Positions 14,105-27,120 of a stretch of 64,000 nt of DNA are shown in pieces. Each line of letters begins with the position of its first letter. Position 1 is the first letter of the stretch. Source of the DNA: Tubiluchus corallicola. Its lineage: Eukaryota; Animalia; Priapulida. Under the pieces are notes generated by a model that was not told the DNA's origin, searched no databases, and saw only the letters and a program-made list of their open reading frames with translations. The position numbers and the translations under genes were made by a program. The stretch is from the NCBI GenBank assembly GCA_030141605.1, contig JAQGDQ010000285.1:69444-133443 (forward strand), in the 5' to 3' direction.

Positions 14105-15945
14105 GATAACTCGAAGACGCCTTGCATGTCGTGCATATCTTAAACTACCCACGCGTATAACGTGAAATAATTTAAAAGCACTGGCACACTTACGACTAAA
14201 GTTGATAAACTTCCTGCAAAAATTTTTTTCGTTCGATTTATTCTTGTGCGCTCAAGCGCTCACGAGATAGACACTGATTTATGTTGAGAGTTGATGTCAT
14301 TATTTCAAATTTTTAAAACACATTTAAATAATGGCAAATGGCATGTCGGTCAAAAAATTGAAGCCACATAACTGTGACACACCTACAATTTTGTTGGAAG
14401 ATGAAACCTTGGGTAACGGATTGGGTAGTTTGATACTACCGCACTTGCGGCAAAAGATTACTTTTAAATATTTATTCACTTCTTAAATAGTTATCAATCA
14501 AAATCCTATCAGTTTTAACTTCTGCCGTCTGTATTTATGCGTGATATAGAGCGATTCACATGGAAAAATTAATCCAAGCTTATTTGCTCACTGATACTTC
14601 TGGGAATTATAAATCATGGTCAAAAAATTTACCAATGGTTTGTTGTCATGCATTATTCAAAATCGAGCAAGTAGATGTATATTCTCCCCTGAACGCAAGT
14701 TTATGTATAATATTGGACATACATTATCTTGAGTCAGTGGGCGGAATCATTCATCAGTGACCTGAGAACGTGAAACACGTCCATGGCTCAAACACTGGGC
14801 AAACTAGATAGCTCCCTACCTAGGTCGCTGAATTTTCTTTTTTTGGGGTGGGCAAATCCTGGAAGTAATTCTTTAATTTTTAAGTCTAGCATAAGCAATA
14901 ACACAGTGTGTGTAATTCCTTACACGCACAACAGTTTAATTAAATGAAACTAACTACTTGGGTTATTTTTCTGTGAGAATGTATGATTCATCGACGGTAA
15001 CACTAAAGTATCGCCCGGGTCCTGCAACAAGTACTGACGTGTTGCCACAGTTTACACTGATTGCATAGAGCAGCAGAGTAAGTAGCGACTCCTTCCGTTA
15101 ATTATTTCTTGTATTAGCATTTATCTATTTATATAGCAGATAGCCAAAATCGAAGCCTCCAGGAGCGAAACGAAAGGTAAAATGTTGAAGCAGAGTAGCA
15201 AAGCAGAAAGATTTGCTAATGAAGCATTTGCAACCAGACCAGAGTTATGGTTGTGTACACGTTGAAACTAGTGAAGAAGAGGAGTTTGGGTTTCAAAAAA
15301 TTACAGATGAAAAGAGCAAATGGCTGAGGGAAAATGTATATGAAGAGTGTGCACAAATTTTGATTGCTTTGGAAAATCCAGGTTATAAAATAGGGTTATA
15401 AATTCGATTTCAAATTCAATCCGCACAAACTGTAAATAGACGTGTGGTAATGACTATTTTAAATAGTAATTAATTACACTTAATTAGTACACTATACTAC
15501 GTGTATAAGCCCAACACTCAGGTACCGTCAATACTTTATTACGTACATCAAAAATTCAATTTTGGGGTTGGCGGGGAGGAAGACGGTAACTTAGTAGAGA
15601 GTATTTGTTAAAATACTTTTGCATAGGGCGCCAAACCATCTAGAGCAAGCCAAAAGAGCGAATTTTATGTTTCAGTTGACGAGTTCTTCCTTGCAAAATG
15701 TCAGATCATAATTAGAGTTGCTCGTGGCTAATAATCAAAATTATTTTCGAGAAACGCATTGCTGGTTTCTAGTAAAAGAAAAAAATGACCAAAAACTGCT
15801 TGACCATTTTTTTACCTTTTGCTTTGCATGTCATTGAGTACAGTTTGTTTACTAAATTTAATATTGGCTTTGGTAATTCTGCGATAATGATTCTGCGCGT
15901 AAAAATTTTATGTACGTTTTTTATCCTGCTTTGATTCTAACCTAA

Positions 15946-16465
15946 GGCTCGTGTCACACAGAAATAGGAGTAAGGAACAATCCGTAAGCCATAAGGTGTC
16001 TTCACTCCGCGGTATGCTCCATTTACTCTGCGTAAGGCGTTTTGCCATAATCCATTTCAGCAATGCAAGTATCTAATTGCAGTATTAGTGAACTATCGTA
16101 CTTGAAAATGGCTTTTTAATACTTATGAGATCATTCTGTTATGAATTCTTATGACATAAATAAATTGTGCACTGTAAAAACCACGATTACCGCGTTAGCG
16201 ATGACCCAAAATGCCTTACGATAAATGAAATTAATGGCCAAGTTCATTTCGCTATAAGACGAATTATGAAACCACTCAAAACGGCTTGTGAGGAGTCTAC
16301 CGCGTGTTATGGCTGACGGTAGGCAGACGGGGGTAGGCGAAAGATGGCAAATGGATTATCTGTGTGACAGGGACCGAGGGACCGTTGGTTAGTACACGTT
16401 CATTTTTCGTGAAGCCGTTTTTTCTCCTCACGGCCTATGCTGTCCAGCTCTGTGTGATACGGGCT
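15946..16465. mobile_element. PIF/Harbinger-like MITE
   Basis: TIRs GGCTCGTGTCACACAGA and (revcomp) AGCCCGTATCACACAGA, flanked by TAA on both sides (15943-15945, 16466-16468). Confidence 0.7.
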
Positions 16466-16924
16466 TAACAGGCCGTCGTGTTATGAATTTTATAAAGTTT
16501 ATTGTTGACTCAATGTTTTAGTGCCCTAACAATATGACTAATACCAGCCCTATATTGTCTTGTGATGAGTTGCGTTTTACTGCACTGTATTGCTGTATGG
16601 TGTTATGCTGTCGCACTACCTCACGTTACACTGCAACACATTACATTAAGTACATACAAAAGTATGCATTTTACAACAATATTCCAAGTAACAGTAGCAG
16701 CACCAATATCCTTTACTCTCATTTGAGTTGCATGATTCTACCCTACTGGTGGGTGTTTTATGGAAAGTGTGAGCATAAATATTCAAGTGGCTTTTCAATA
16801 GACCATTTTACACGCTGTTTTATGGAATCATTTGACAGCCGTTCAAGTTATTAAGAAATGTGTAAACATGGCACTGGGTGCAGCATAATTGCTTGAGTTT
16901 ATGACTGTCGATCTTTTCGCAGAT

Positions 16925-19300
16925 ATGATACATTCTGCAAGTCAATGCATTTGCATATTCATCATGACCATCTTCGTCTCCATGGTGTTTGCAGACAGGT
17001 TTTCACAGTCACAATGGCGGCCTTCTGGACGGTATGGCAAAAGAGATCATTCTGGTGAACTACAATGGGATGGTTAGTAATTTTCGAGTCTTTTAAGTTA
17101 CCTTCAATCTTTGAAAAAGGTCATTGATAAAAAAACAAAAAACTCTTAGCATTTTCAATGTATTTTTCTTAATCGTGCACAGCAAGCAGAATTTGTGGAG
17201 TTGTCTGTAGGATACACGTGCATCCACGCAAAACACATGCAAAAGACCAAACTTAGTCGAGAATGGCAGTTTTTATCTTAATTGAAACTTCCAAAAACTT
17301 AAAAGGTTTGTTATCATATAGCTATGCAAATTAGTTGATAAATAAAAAAGAGCATTATGTAGCAAATATTTTGTCACAATGTAACAATTTTTGTGTCATT
17401 TTGTAACAATCGTTATGTAACAAAAATCGGTACATTATGTAACAACTAACATTGAGTTGGTCGCGGTATTTGGTTGGGTTTTACATCGGTATTCCGTCAG
17501 ACCAAACCCAGCTAGACTTTTAGCAGATCAGACCTCATACAGACCAGAGAGGCCAGTTATAGACATGCATGAGGTAGACCAGATCCTGGACAGATGCGGA
17601 CCGACCCAGAGTCACTGCGTAACAAACTAACATAGGCTTGGTCGTCGTTTGTGGGGCCAGAACCACATCTAGAACAGGAATAAAGTGACCAGTCCAGAGC
17701 AAATCCAGACATTAACAAGACTTAATTTCAGTCTACGACTAAGCCTACACAGTGCTGTATTCTTTTGTCAAGCCTAGAATAAATAAAAGGCATGTTACTT
17801 TTCGTTGTGGCCTTACTTGGCCTGCATCTTAGCAAGGTACAATATTTTAGTCAGTAGAACTTCATTTGCATTTTTCAAATAGCCAGTGAACTCTTCTGAG
17901 CTTTTGCAAACTTTCCTGAAGAATGGGTCGTGTGGGCCATGTAGGCGCTAATCAATTTATTGCTCCTTTTTAACATTTCCTGTATTTTAGTTACCTGTGG
18001 CTTCGTGCCATCATTTGAATTTAGATTTTGAAAACAATTTCAGAGCAATTACATTTTCCGTACTTGACTCTCTAAACGCATGAGCTAAGTAAACTTACCG
18101 AGTGAACAATTTCACAAGATTTCAAAGTAATTAATCGAAATCTAACATCATATCTGTAACCTTAATAAACACGCAGGACATAACATTAGCATCTAATATT
18201 GACTTTGGACAAGGTTTCTTAAGCAGCAGCTAATGATATGGGTTGAAGCCAGTTGCTGACTGGCGCATTAACTGGATATGGCTTCTTTAAAAACCGTCTT
18301 GATCATTTATTGACAAAGTTGGAACTAGAAAACATAAACAGACTTCTGCGTTTGTAGATTTTATATACATAAACAACCATTTTAATGAATAAATACTTTT
18401 TATTAAATAAATTATTTTTAAGGGTGGGTTTGAATTAAAAAAATCCGTAGCGCAATTAAGATTGGTATAATTACGAGAATATACAATTCAATTCAATTCA
18501 AATTTATTGCCTCGTAAATTCAACATAAGATTTAAACATACAGTTAGTTCTCTATAGGAAATACACAGCAAGAGGCGGGGTGGTGAAAGACCAGCTGGCA
18601 ACCGTCCCTTAGTAATCAGACAATACTGTTCGATGAAATAAAAAAATGGTGTTATTTTTTGCTTTTCGGTCAGAAGACACATTTATTCACAAGGGAATTC
18701 AACTATTCAAGTAACAATATTATGGGTAAGGATTAAAAATAAATGTTAAGTACTAGGCTCTATGTCGTGTGATGATATTAAGTGGTTAATACAAAGATTG
18801 GTTTTGAGTCATTTACAGAGATCTAAAGTAAAGTCGCCTAATCTCTCCTTCCTATTCGAGTGCTCGTAGAAATACAGTAATTTAAATTGAAAAACACTAT
18901 GAATAAAACATGGGGTATCCATTGAGAGTCATCAGAGCATTACAAGTTGATTAAAACATCTTATAGACTTAAATCAAGAGCTTGAGTAGTTGGGTTAACT
19001 CATTGCTGTGCCCAAAGTCAATGCTTTTAAGAGTGCCCTGGCTTTGTACACATGCTAGGCTACATGTCCCGTAATTGGTTTCATTTTTCCCGAAATCTTC
19101 GAAAGCTTTTTCATATATCACTGCATCTGAATCTAACAAAACGGTCATTTTTCTTCTGCACATTCATTGCCCCAAAATCCGCTGTTTTTATTGTAGGTCA
19201 AAATTATATGATTTATTTTTTTATATTTAACTTTTTATTTCAAACCAAAGGTTCATAGCATATAATATTTACATATTCACATAAAACAAGAAACAACAAC

Positions 19301-19339
<39 letters not shown>

Positions 19340-22300
19340 TAACACAGTAAATTAATAAACGCAGATATATACAGCAATTACACAGTTAATAGAAAGTTCC
19401 ACCAATGGCGTCTGATATGCGACGTTAATTTTGCATCACTAAGAAGTAAGCTTTGACATATAACATTAGTATTACCATTAAAAGTATACTAATGTAGGTA
19501 TATTACAGTATACATGTATTAGACAGTTTTTGACTGTTAAAAATAACCGAAATAAATAAATTTTATAGTCTTTTCGCAGATCTTTTAATTTTAACCAATG
19601 TCAGGAATTTTGTATTACAAATTTTAGGTATCGAAGTGTTTTCAAAACTAACAAAAAATGATGGATGTTTTTGAATAGTTAAACAATCGCAGTTTTCTAA
19701 ACTTAATTTTTGTGTACATTCTCTGGTAGAATATAATAAATATGCTATAAATTTTAGTCTTTAAAATTTTCCTCAAAGTTAAAATAATTTTTTTGTTTCA
19801 GATGATGCTTTAAATAGACGATGGCTTTCACAAACTAGATACGGAAAAAGGAGTGACGGTGGGTATTCTACAAAAACATTAGTACTGTAACTCTTATAAT
19901 GAGAGGAAGAGGCTAAAGTAGGTAGAAAACCGTCCCGTTTATCGCATTTTTTGCGCTTCACTGGGTGCTTTCAGTAACAAACATGAAATATTGTCTCCCG
20001 CGGAAACTTAAAGATGTTGTTTGCAAAACATTGATCTTTTGTATCTGTTCTAAAACGCAAAAACTGGTATATTTGGTTTCTCACTGCTAATTTAGTGGCT
20101 TCCTTTGATTAACGCCATTGGATGTTTGCTTGATTAGTTCATTTTTGTCTGCCTTAAAAGTTAAAATTCACAACTTGTCAGGCGGAGTCATCACCCTAGC
20201 TTTATTGAGGGGCTAGGATATTTGCAATATAGGTGCATTCATGTATTTCCAAAACTCAGAAATTATTGTAGATATTTCAGTGCACTCCTAGTTCCCTGTT
20301 TTTTACCCGCTTCTCGCTTATTTTTACAGTCGCAATTTTGTCCGCGAACTCGACTTGTACCTTTATATGGTTGGGAGCAAAAAAATTGTTTTTTGTTAAT
20401 TTTGCATTCATTTTTAATTTATAGACAGTTGGACGCACCTAGGTTTGACACACACATGATACTTCTTGAACGATAGAGAAATTACGGCAGGGTAGATGAA
20501 AACCTTAAATGAGCGATTAAATATCGACTTTTGTCAAAACAAAATTATGTCTGTGGAAAAGCTGGAGCAGAGATGATCAGCATCTCTGTCAGTGAACCCG
20601 AAGATGTCTGTGGGTTACATTCACCGGGAAAAAATTTCGAGTAAGAAATGCCACATTTTTATCAATAATGGCGATTCCGTCGCCAGGTCTTCTAATTGTT
20701 GTTATTTATACCTGATATTTGATCGTTTATACATTTCAGGTCCGATCGGTATTGATGTGTTTGGTGATGGAAGTTTTGTTTGTTTTGGAGCCAGTCTACC
20801 AAATACATACCGCTGTTTAAGGTAGGGTTAATACTGATTATTCTAAAGCTTATGTAACACTTAGTCATTTTCTGTGCAAGCAACTATGTGCAGGATCCCA
20901 GCCAGTCGTGTGCAAGATGCTTTTCTTTGTGGCAAAGTGTTTAGTGCCAACAACTCGTGCATTCACACGTGGTTTAATAGCTTACACGCGTGCTTTTGCT
21001 ACTTTTGATATGTCGTTTCCATCGCAATTTGATTGGACAAAACAGCAAGCGTGCTTTCGGAGTTAAAAGTTTGGAATTCCAAATACAAATCTTGTTTAGC
21101 GATACCACTTTATACGAGAATGTTAAGCCTAAATTGAATTTAGGTATCCGTGCGATTTACATAATATATTATATTGTCCGATGCTGAGAAAGCCTAAACT
21201 TTCTGAGGCAATGCGATCTCAGAAACTATCCTGGGAGGTTCACTGTGTGTGTGTGGGAGGGGGGATAAGTACATCTTCAGTACAGTAAGCTAATCTAATA
21301 CGAGATCTACTGTCGTGTATAATAGAATAGCATACAGTGAGCTTGAGTAGTAAGGAAAAAGTTGCAGTGGTGGTAGAGGAATGTCTTAATAATACCGAGG
21401 GGAACACAATGCGCTCAGATTCTCCATTTTGGCTTCTAGTTTCTGGGTGTCACTAAATCTTTTGACAGATGGTAGTAAAGACAGTAAAAAAAAATAATCT
21501 TTATTAATCTTTTTATCTTAATCTCTTTTAATATGTTTAATAGTGTCTGTTCATTAGACACTGCCTTCTTCTTACACTTAACTGTTATGTTTTAATTAAA
21601 ATTAGACTATGATCGGTATTGTAGACAAAATGTTTTGACGTCAAAAATCTATAACTAGAAAATAGCCGTTTGCGAAAGCTGAAGCACGTGTGCTTTCCGA
21701 AATCTCGCGTCGTTTCTAGAAAGCATGTGTCGTTTTTTCAGGTTAGCCGAATCAGGAAAATGAAAATGGATGTTGTTTAATCCCATCTTATTTAAACAGA
21801 AAAACATTCTTTTAAAATAGGGGCATTTTTTTTACTTTTGATATTACTTCATTTCGTTTCACGCATGGGCACCTCCCGTTTTGAACACCCATTCTTCCAT
21901 CAATGACGTCTTTCATTGATTGAAGACAAGAACTATGCTGTCAATTTCCGTCAAAAGTTTTTTGAAAAAAAATAGGTAGCTAATTTTGATAATATTTTCT
22001 ACGAAAATTAGGTAAGCTGCAGAAGTTTAAATTAGTTTAAGCAAGCACGCTTACGGAGAGCCATCATGCCCTTACGAAAAGTCAAAGTCCATCAGGTACG
22101 TCAAGTGAATGGCGGCAGTCACCATGCCTGAGAATACAGTAGTAGAAACAAATTTTATGCTTCATAGACAGTTTTTTTTCGCAAATTTCCTTGTTATATT
22201 TTTCGAAGTTTAAGTAATAACGGCAAAATAAATCCAACATGCTAGGTTACTTGTCCTTGTCGTTAAAGAGCTCAGAAGTGTATGAATAAAGTTTTATCGG

Positions 22301-22380
22301 TCATATTCTACAGCTCGCGTGTCTACTCTTTATCATGATTTATCTGTTATAGGCGAAGTCCAGGAGAAACAGAAGATTAA
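16925..22380 (+). CDS. luqin/RYa: Luqin/RYamide-type neuropeptide precursor, 85 aa; join(16925..17072,20740..20821,22353..22380)
   Basis: Spliced protein: MIHSASQCICIFIMTIFVSMVFA-DRFSQSQWRPSGRY-GKR-DHSGELQWDGPIGIDVFGDGSFVCFGASLPNTYRCLRRSPGETED*. It has a hydrophobic signal peptide, a GKR amidation/cleavage site, the WRPxGR[FY] luqin motif and a C-x10-C motif ending YRC. GT-AG introns have matching phases (1, 2). The last exon is the least certain. Confidence 0.88.
18487..19000 (-). mobile_element. Decayed CR1/L2-like LINE 3' end in luqin intron
   Basis: Minus-strand AATAAA followed by a (TTGAA)n tail at ~18487-18507, a GC-richer 3'UTR segment and degenerate ORF2 C-terminal sequence upstream. 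Boundaries are approximate. Confidence 0.45.
19301..19338. repeat. (CA)n microsatellite
   Basis: Read directly. Confidence 0.9.
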
Positions 22381-22761
22381 ATCGTTAAAAAGACAACCCA
22401 AGTGACCGTATGAAGCAAACTCTTAAATGTCGACAGTGGCTACTATATATTTTCTACCACAGCCGTCACCCCAGCATTTCGCTAGACTTACGTTATTTTG
22501 AGAGATAACAACAGACGACAGCATGTCAAAGAATTCTGAGATAAGATCCATACAAGATAAGAGAACAGTCAGACCTCATGGGATATATAGCTCAGCGCTA
22601 GTGAAATTTTTACGATGCTTTATCTATCTGGAAAAGAAAACATACAGTGTAGAAATTGAGTATATTGGCTCTCACTCTCTCTCCAGAGGCAATTTATTGT
22701 TGTAGCTAATTATTTAGCATTGCCGTAGCAATACGCAGTTCTATTAACAGCCACCATTATA

Positions 22762-22928
22762 CAGTCAAACCGCCTTGTACCGCCTACTTTGGGACTGCAA
22801 AAAAGTTGGCATTAAGGGAGTTTGGCATTACAACAAGGTGCATTGATACATACATGTTTGCCAAAATTCAGCATGTGCCTTAAACAAGGCTGGCATTACA
22901 CAGCGGGCGTTATAACGAGGTTTGACTG
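22762..22928. mobile_element. Tc1/mariner (pogo/Tigger-like) MITE downstream of the luqin stop codon
   Basis: TA|CAGTCAAACC...GGTTTGACTG terminal inverted repeats. Confidence 0.7.
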
Positions 22929-23705
22929 TTACAGAGCATATGCAATCTCTCGTCTTGAATCATTGTTCTGTATTTGAGGGCAGTTTTGAGACATTTGGCT
23001 ATGGTCACATTTAACTAAGACATTTTTTCTTGTCGTTTTATTGTTGAAAGTTTTCAATCACAAATTGTGCCACATCATATGCACGTCAAACACTGGAATC
23101 GTGCATATTCACCAACGGGTGTGTAGGAAACTTTGAGTTTGCAGCTTTAGCTCCACCTTAATGCTCACTCGAGGATGCAAGGGATTTCAGAAATGCCCAC
23201 CAAGCTTTGACAGGAAGTGGCAATGTTTGACAGTTCTCCAAGTCAGCAATACAGAAATTCTCACCAATTTCTCCCGCGCGAACTTATTTTCCCTTAAATT
23301 AATTCAAATTAGTTGTTGTCTCACGAATATTTTAATATTACGGTTTATTTGCAGTTAACTGATACGTATTTCAGAATAAATTTTCAGAACTACAATATGT
23401 ACGACACTGTACAACTATCTTTTTGTTTTCATTATGGAGTGGAACATAACTTTACAACACTTATGGTACGGACGGAGGTGTCACGGAAGTAAAATGTGCA
23501 AAGTAAATTTTCTGAAATATCCTTTCTTCAAATCAAATCAAACTTGGTTTGATTTGAAGAAAGGATATTCTTGTCTAGAATAATTTCAACAGAAATAAGT
23601 GACAATTAGGCCTACTTTGGCCTCATACAGCAACTAATTAAATACCTTAAACGGTTTCGATAATAATACTGAGAATTGATACAATTTTGTAATATGCATA
23701 TGTAT

Positions 23706-24850
23706 CAGAGATTCGACCCAGTATTTTCATGTCCGCAACTTCGCGGGTCCGAGAAAGAATGGTTCCGCGCACTGCAAGTCACAGGCCGTAAGAAAACAAC
23801 AGTTTCGGTGTCCGCCCAGCTCCGCAGAAAAACAATGGATGATTATGTCAAGCGTAAACTTAAAACATGTCGTGCACCATGAAACCAGGCCAGCGGGGCA
23901 ACAACAAAATCGCAGCATAATTAATTCTCTCGCCTTTTAAATGAACTAGCTGAAGTCTGGTTAGCACGCTTCATAAATTATTAATAGCACTACAAATTAT
24001 TTCAGGCATAATAAAATTAAAAATAATTACAAGAAAATAAAGTTGACCTAGTGAAGGTGACAACTAGAATCTGTATGCTACACTTCTATGTCATTTATAT
24101 GACAATAAATGTAAGCGTCTGTATGCTAGAGATAAGTAATTATATTACTTGTAACTCGAGCATTACTCATCACATTGTGTCACCGTCATCATCACTTCAA
24201 TGTCATTGTTGTTGATGTCTGATCAGCAGAAGCGCATTACCTTTCTAACTCTAGGAACATCATTGCAGTCATCACCAACAGGAGTAGCAACTGCTATAGT
24301 CATCACTTGTTTGTTTTAATATCATGTTATTATCATCACCATCATCAATACCACAAACACCACCATTACCATCATCATTATCAGCAACAGCAACATTTGG
24401 ATCATCAACATAAGTTCATTGGTATCGTCACCACTATCATTTAAAAATGTATGATGATGATACACAATAGCATTTCTTGCCTTTGCTTTATTAAATGAAA
24501 CTAAGAGTTGAAGGATGCTGGTCGTTATCAGTTACTAAAAAATTAAATATGCTCCATTATTAGAAAAATGCTAGCATTGCTAGCAACTCATCACTCAACA
24601 TAATCACGTTTTCGTTTTACTACGTAAAGCGTTAGTTTAGGCACATAGTGTATGCTTCAAGTCAAAAATGTAAAGCTGACTATATCTAAACAGCTTACAC
24701 TATTGGAATCATGTAAAGGTGTTATATCTGGAAAATAATTAGATTGTGATCTCGCTATTGGGTCCGCCGCCAGTAGTTAGAAAATGTCTAGTTACGCATC
24801 CGCAAAAAATCTTAGGGATCCGATTCCGCATCAGAGATTGCGCACCTCTG
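23706..24850. mobile_element. hAT-like non-autonomous element
   Basis: CAGAG...CTCTG termini; flanks ATATGTAT and ATATGTGT (7/8 match, candidate 8-bp TSD); subterminal TCCG motifs at both ends. Confidence 0.5.
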
Positions 24851-26749
24851 ATATGTGTCAGTTATAACATTATGAGCAGTTTACCAAATTGATGTATTTA
24901 AATTACGCTGTGTAGAGACTTATTATTACACAGCGCGGTAACTTGTATTTGAAACTGTTCGTAAAAATACTTTCTCAAAAAAGACAAGGGTTATTAAACG
25001 ACTAGATTAAATGTTGATGATGCACAGTGGCGTACCTATTAGGGGAGCAACCGTTCTCCCGACATTTTTTTAAAACAATTTTTAAACTCTTTAGTTCATT
25101 TGTGCGATAAAAGTCGAATATTTTTTTATTTTTTAAACCCACGGCCTTAGAAGAATTTTCCGTATCTTCTTCGTGTTTTGATTTTAAACACAAAATTAAA
25201 ACGTATAATAAATGCGTTAAAATTTTTTGGTATGCGTCCAGGCGACTTTTTCAAGTGCTTGCTCCCTTAATTTTAGAAGCCGGCTATGGCCCTGATCGTA
25301 CAATAACTTTCGCTTTTTTCTACGAGTAAAACACTCTAGATTTCGTTACACAAATTTTAAGCATGGCCTAATTTTAAATTTATTTTAAAAGCAGTAACGT
25401 CTTTTCAATAAAATTTATGCACAAAATCTCAAATTTTTCAAGTTTCAGTTTATTGGAAATTGTCAACAAGAGGTTTTAATGTCACAAAGTTGACTTAGAA
25501 ACTTTGTCATTCAACATGCAGACTCGTTTACAAACTGAATAGAGGTTTACTAAAGAAGCAGCCAGTAGGAAAAATAAAAATGGCTCCTTGTTGCCTGGGT
25601 TGATAAGCTTGTCAAGTTTTACTATAACTAAAAAATGATGTTCATTTAATTTTCATAATAGTGAATGTTACTTCAAGTTGTTGAAATATGTGACAGTCGC
25701 TGGTATCAAAAATTCCACATCGCAAATTTTATATCATGTTCATAGGACTACATTACAGATCCACAATAGTTTCTGCCATGGATGAAAGTGGCCTTGTATT
25801 ATAGGGACGTTCTAAAAGAAAAAGCACAAGAGAAATATGCAGTGAAAATTAACTTTACCTGGTGCCTCATAAAATTTTGCTATATACTTTGGCTGATTGC
25901 TATGCAATTTTAAATATGCATTGCAGTTACTGTTTTATACATTTACGAAAAAATCTTTGAAGGTTACTAATTTACGTAATTTTAATATCAAATTAAGATC
26001 TAATAAGTACATTATATAATTAAAGTCGTTTTAGCTGTAATACTTTTTGTATTTTTTGTGGATCTTTATTGAATTAATGTATATAGCAACAACAAATCAT
26101 CAAAAATTAAGCAGAAGTAGCAAACGATACCTGTTTTAAAAATGCTACACAAAAAACTGATTTGATGTACAAAATAGAAATTGATTAGCAATTACTGCTT
26201 ATTACTTTTAAAATAAATTTATCTGATATAACAAATACGACAAAATGAACTTGGTCTTCTTTATTATGACACCACAGTGATGTAAAAAATGTATTTTACT
26301 TCATTATTGAAAGTTTTGCTACCATATAATTTGTTAGTACACTGTTTTCGTTGGAACACTCTGGATACGACAGCCAAGTACATACAACAACAATTACAAA
26401 TTTTTATATCTTTTATTCTAAACATATTTTGTATTTCCATTAAATTTTTTCTTATCGCACGGATAATGCATCAGCATTGTTACACAATTTGCTTCAGTAA
26501 TGTTTAACTAATGTGTGTCATAGTCGCCTATTATTCATTGTTTCTTGCCTTTTAAAATTTATATTAATATAAACAATAAATTTTTCAATAATGGCTTGTT
26601 ACACTGTAAAGTACTACTGTATTATCACTTTCAGCATTGTACCACATGACACTTTTACAAGTTTCCACTGTTAAAATATTAAATACATAAAGTAAGAAAT
26701 CCCAAATTCATTAATAATTAGCACAATTAGCTTTTTCACAGTTCCAGCT

Positions 26750-27120
26750 ACTGACAATGATCGTGAAAAGGTCAAAGGTTAAGTGAACCTAACAACGTTA
26801 TGTGAACCAACGCATTTGTTTAAGCTTGACAACAGCTCAAGGGCATGCTGTTAGTATAAGTAATAGTTCTTGGTCTTAATTTTTGCTTCATTTATTTTAT
26901 TTTATGTGGATTTGTACAGCTATTTTGCTAGCTGTTTTCAGACAGGAATAATATGTTAGTTGAAAACTATACACGTGTACTATATACTAAAAATAAAAAC
27001 ACATTTCACCTGTTTCACGTACATGTGGTTACTAGTGATGTCATTAAGGTCACGTGACCATTGTAGTTAAGTAAGACGCACTGGTTCAGTTAACCTTTGA
27101 CCTACAACTGTGCATGCGCA
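26750..27120. repeat. Dispersed repeat related to 54460-54800
   Basis: Both sites share TGACAATG...AAAAGGTCAAAGGTTAAGTG...GCATTTG...CTTGACAACAGC and GTCACGTGAC...AGTTAAG...TTAACCTT...CAACTG blocks. Confidence 0.6.

Noticed and set aside
15140-15401. Exon-like segment and 62-aa acidic ORF upstream of luqin
   Set aside because: No homology recognised and it cannot be linked to a gene model; probably a transposon remnant.
20424-20441. Possible 18-nt phase-1 microexon (DSWTHL) in the luqin intron
   Set aside because: The donor GTTTGA is weak and the precursor is coherent without it.
23517-23526. ATATCCTTT U12-type donor motif (also ATATCCTT at 12651)
   Set aside because: No adjacent exon or matching U12 branch site; the first is part of a palindrome arm.
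25025-25294. Possible hAT MITE (CAGTGGCGTA...TATGGCCCTG)
   Set aside because: TIR and TSD are too degenerate to call with confidence.
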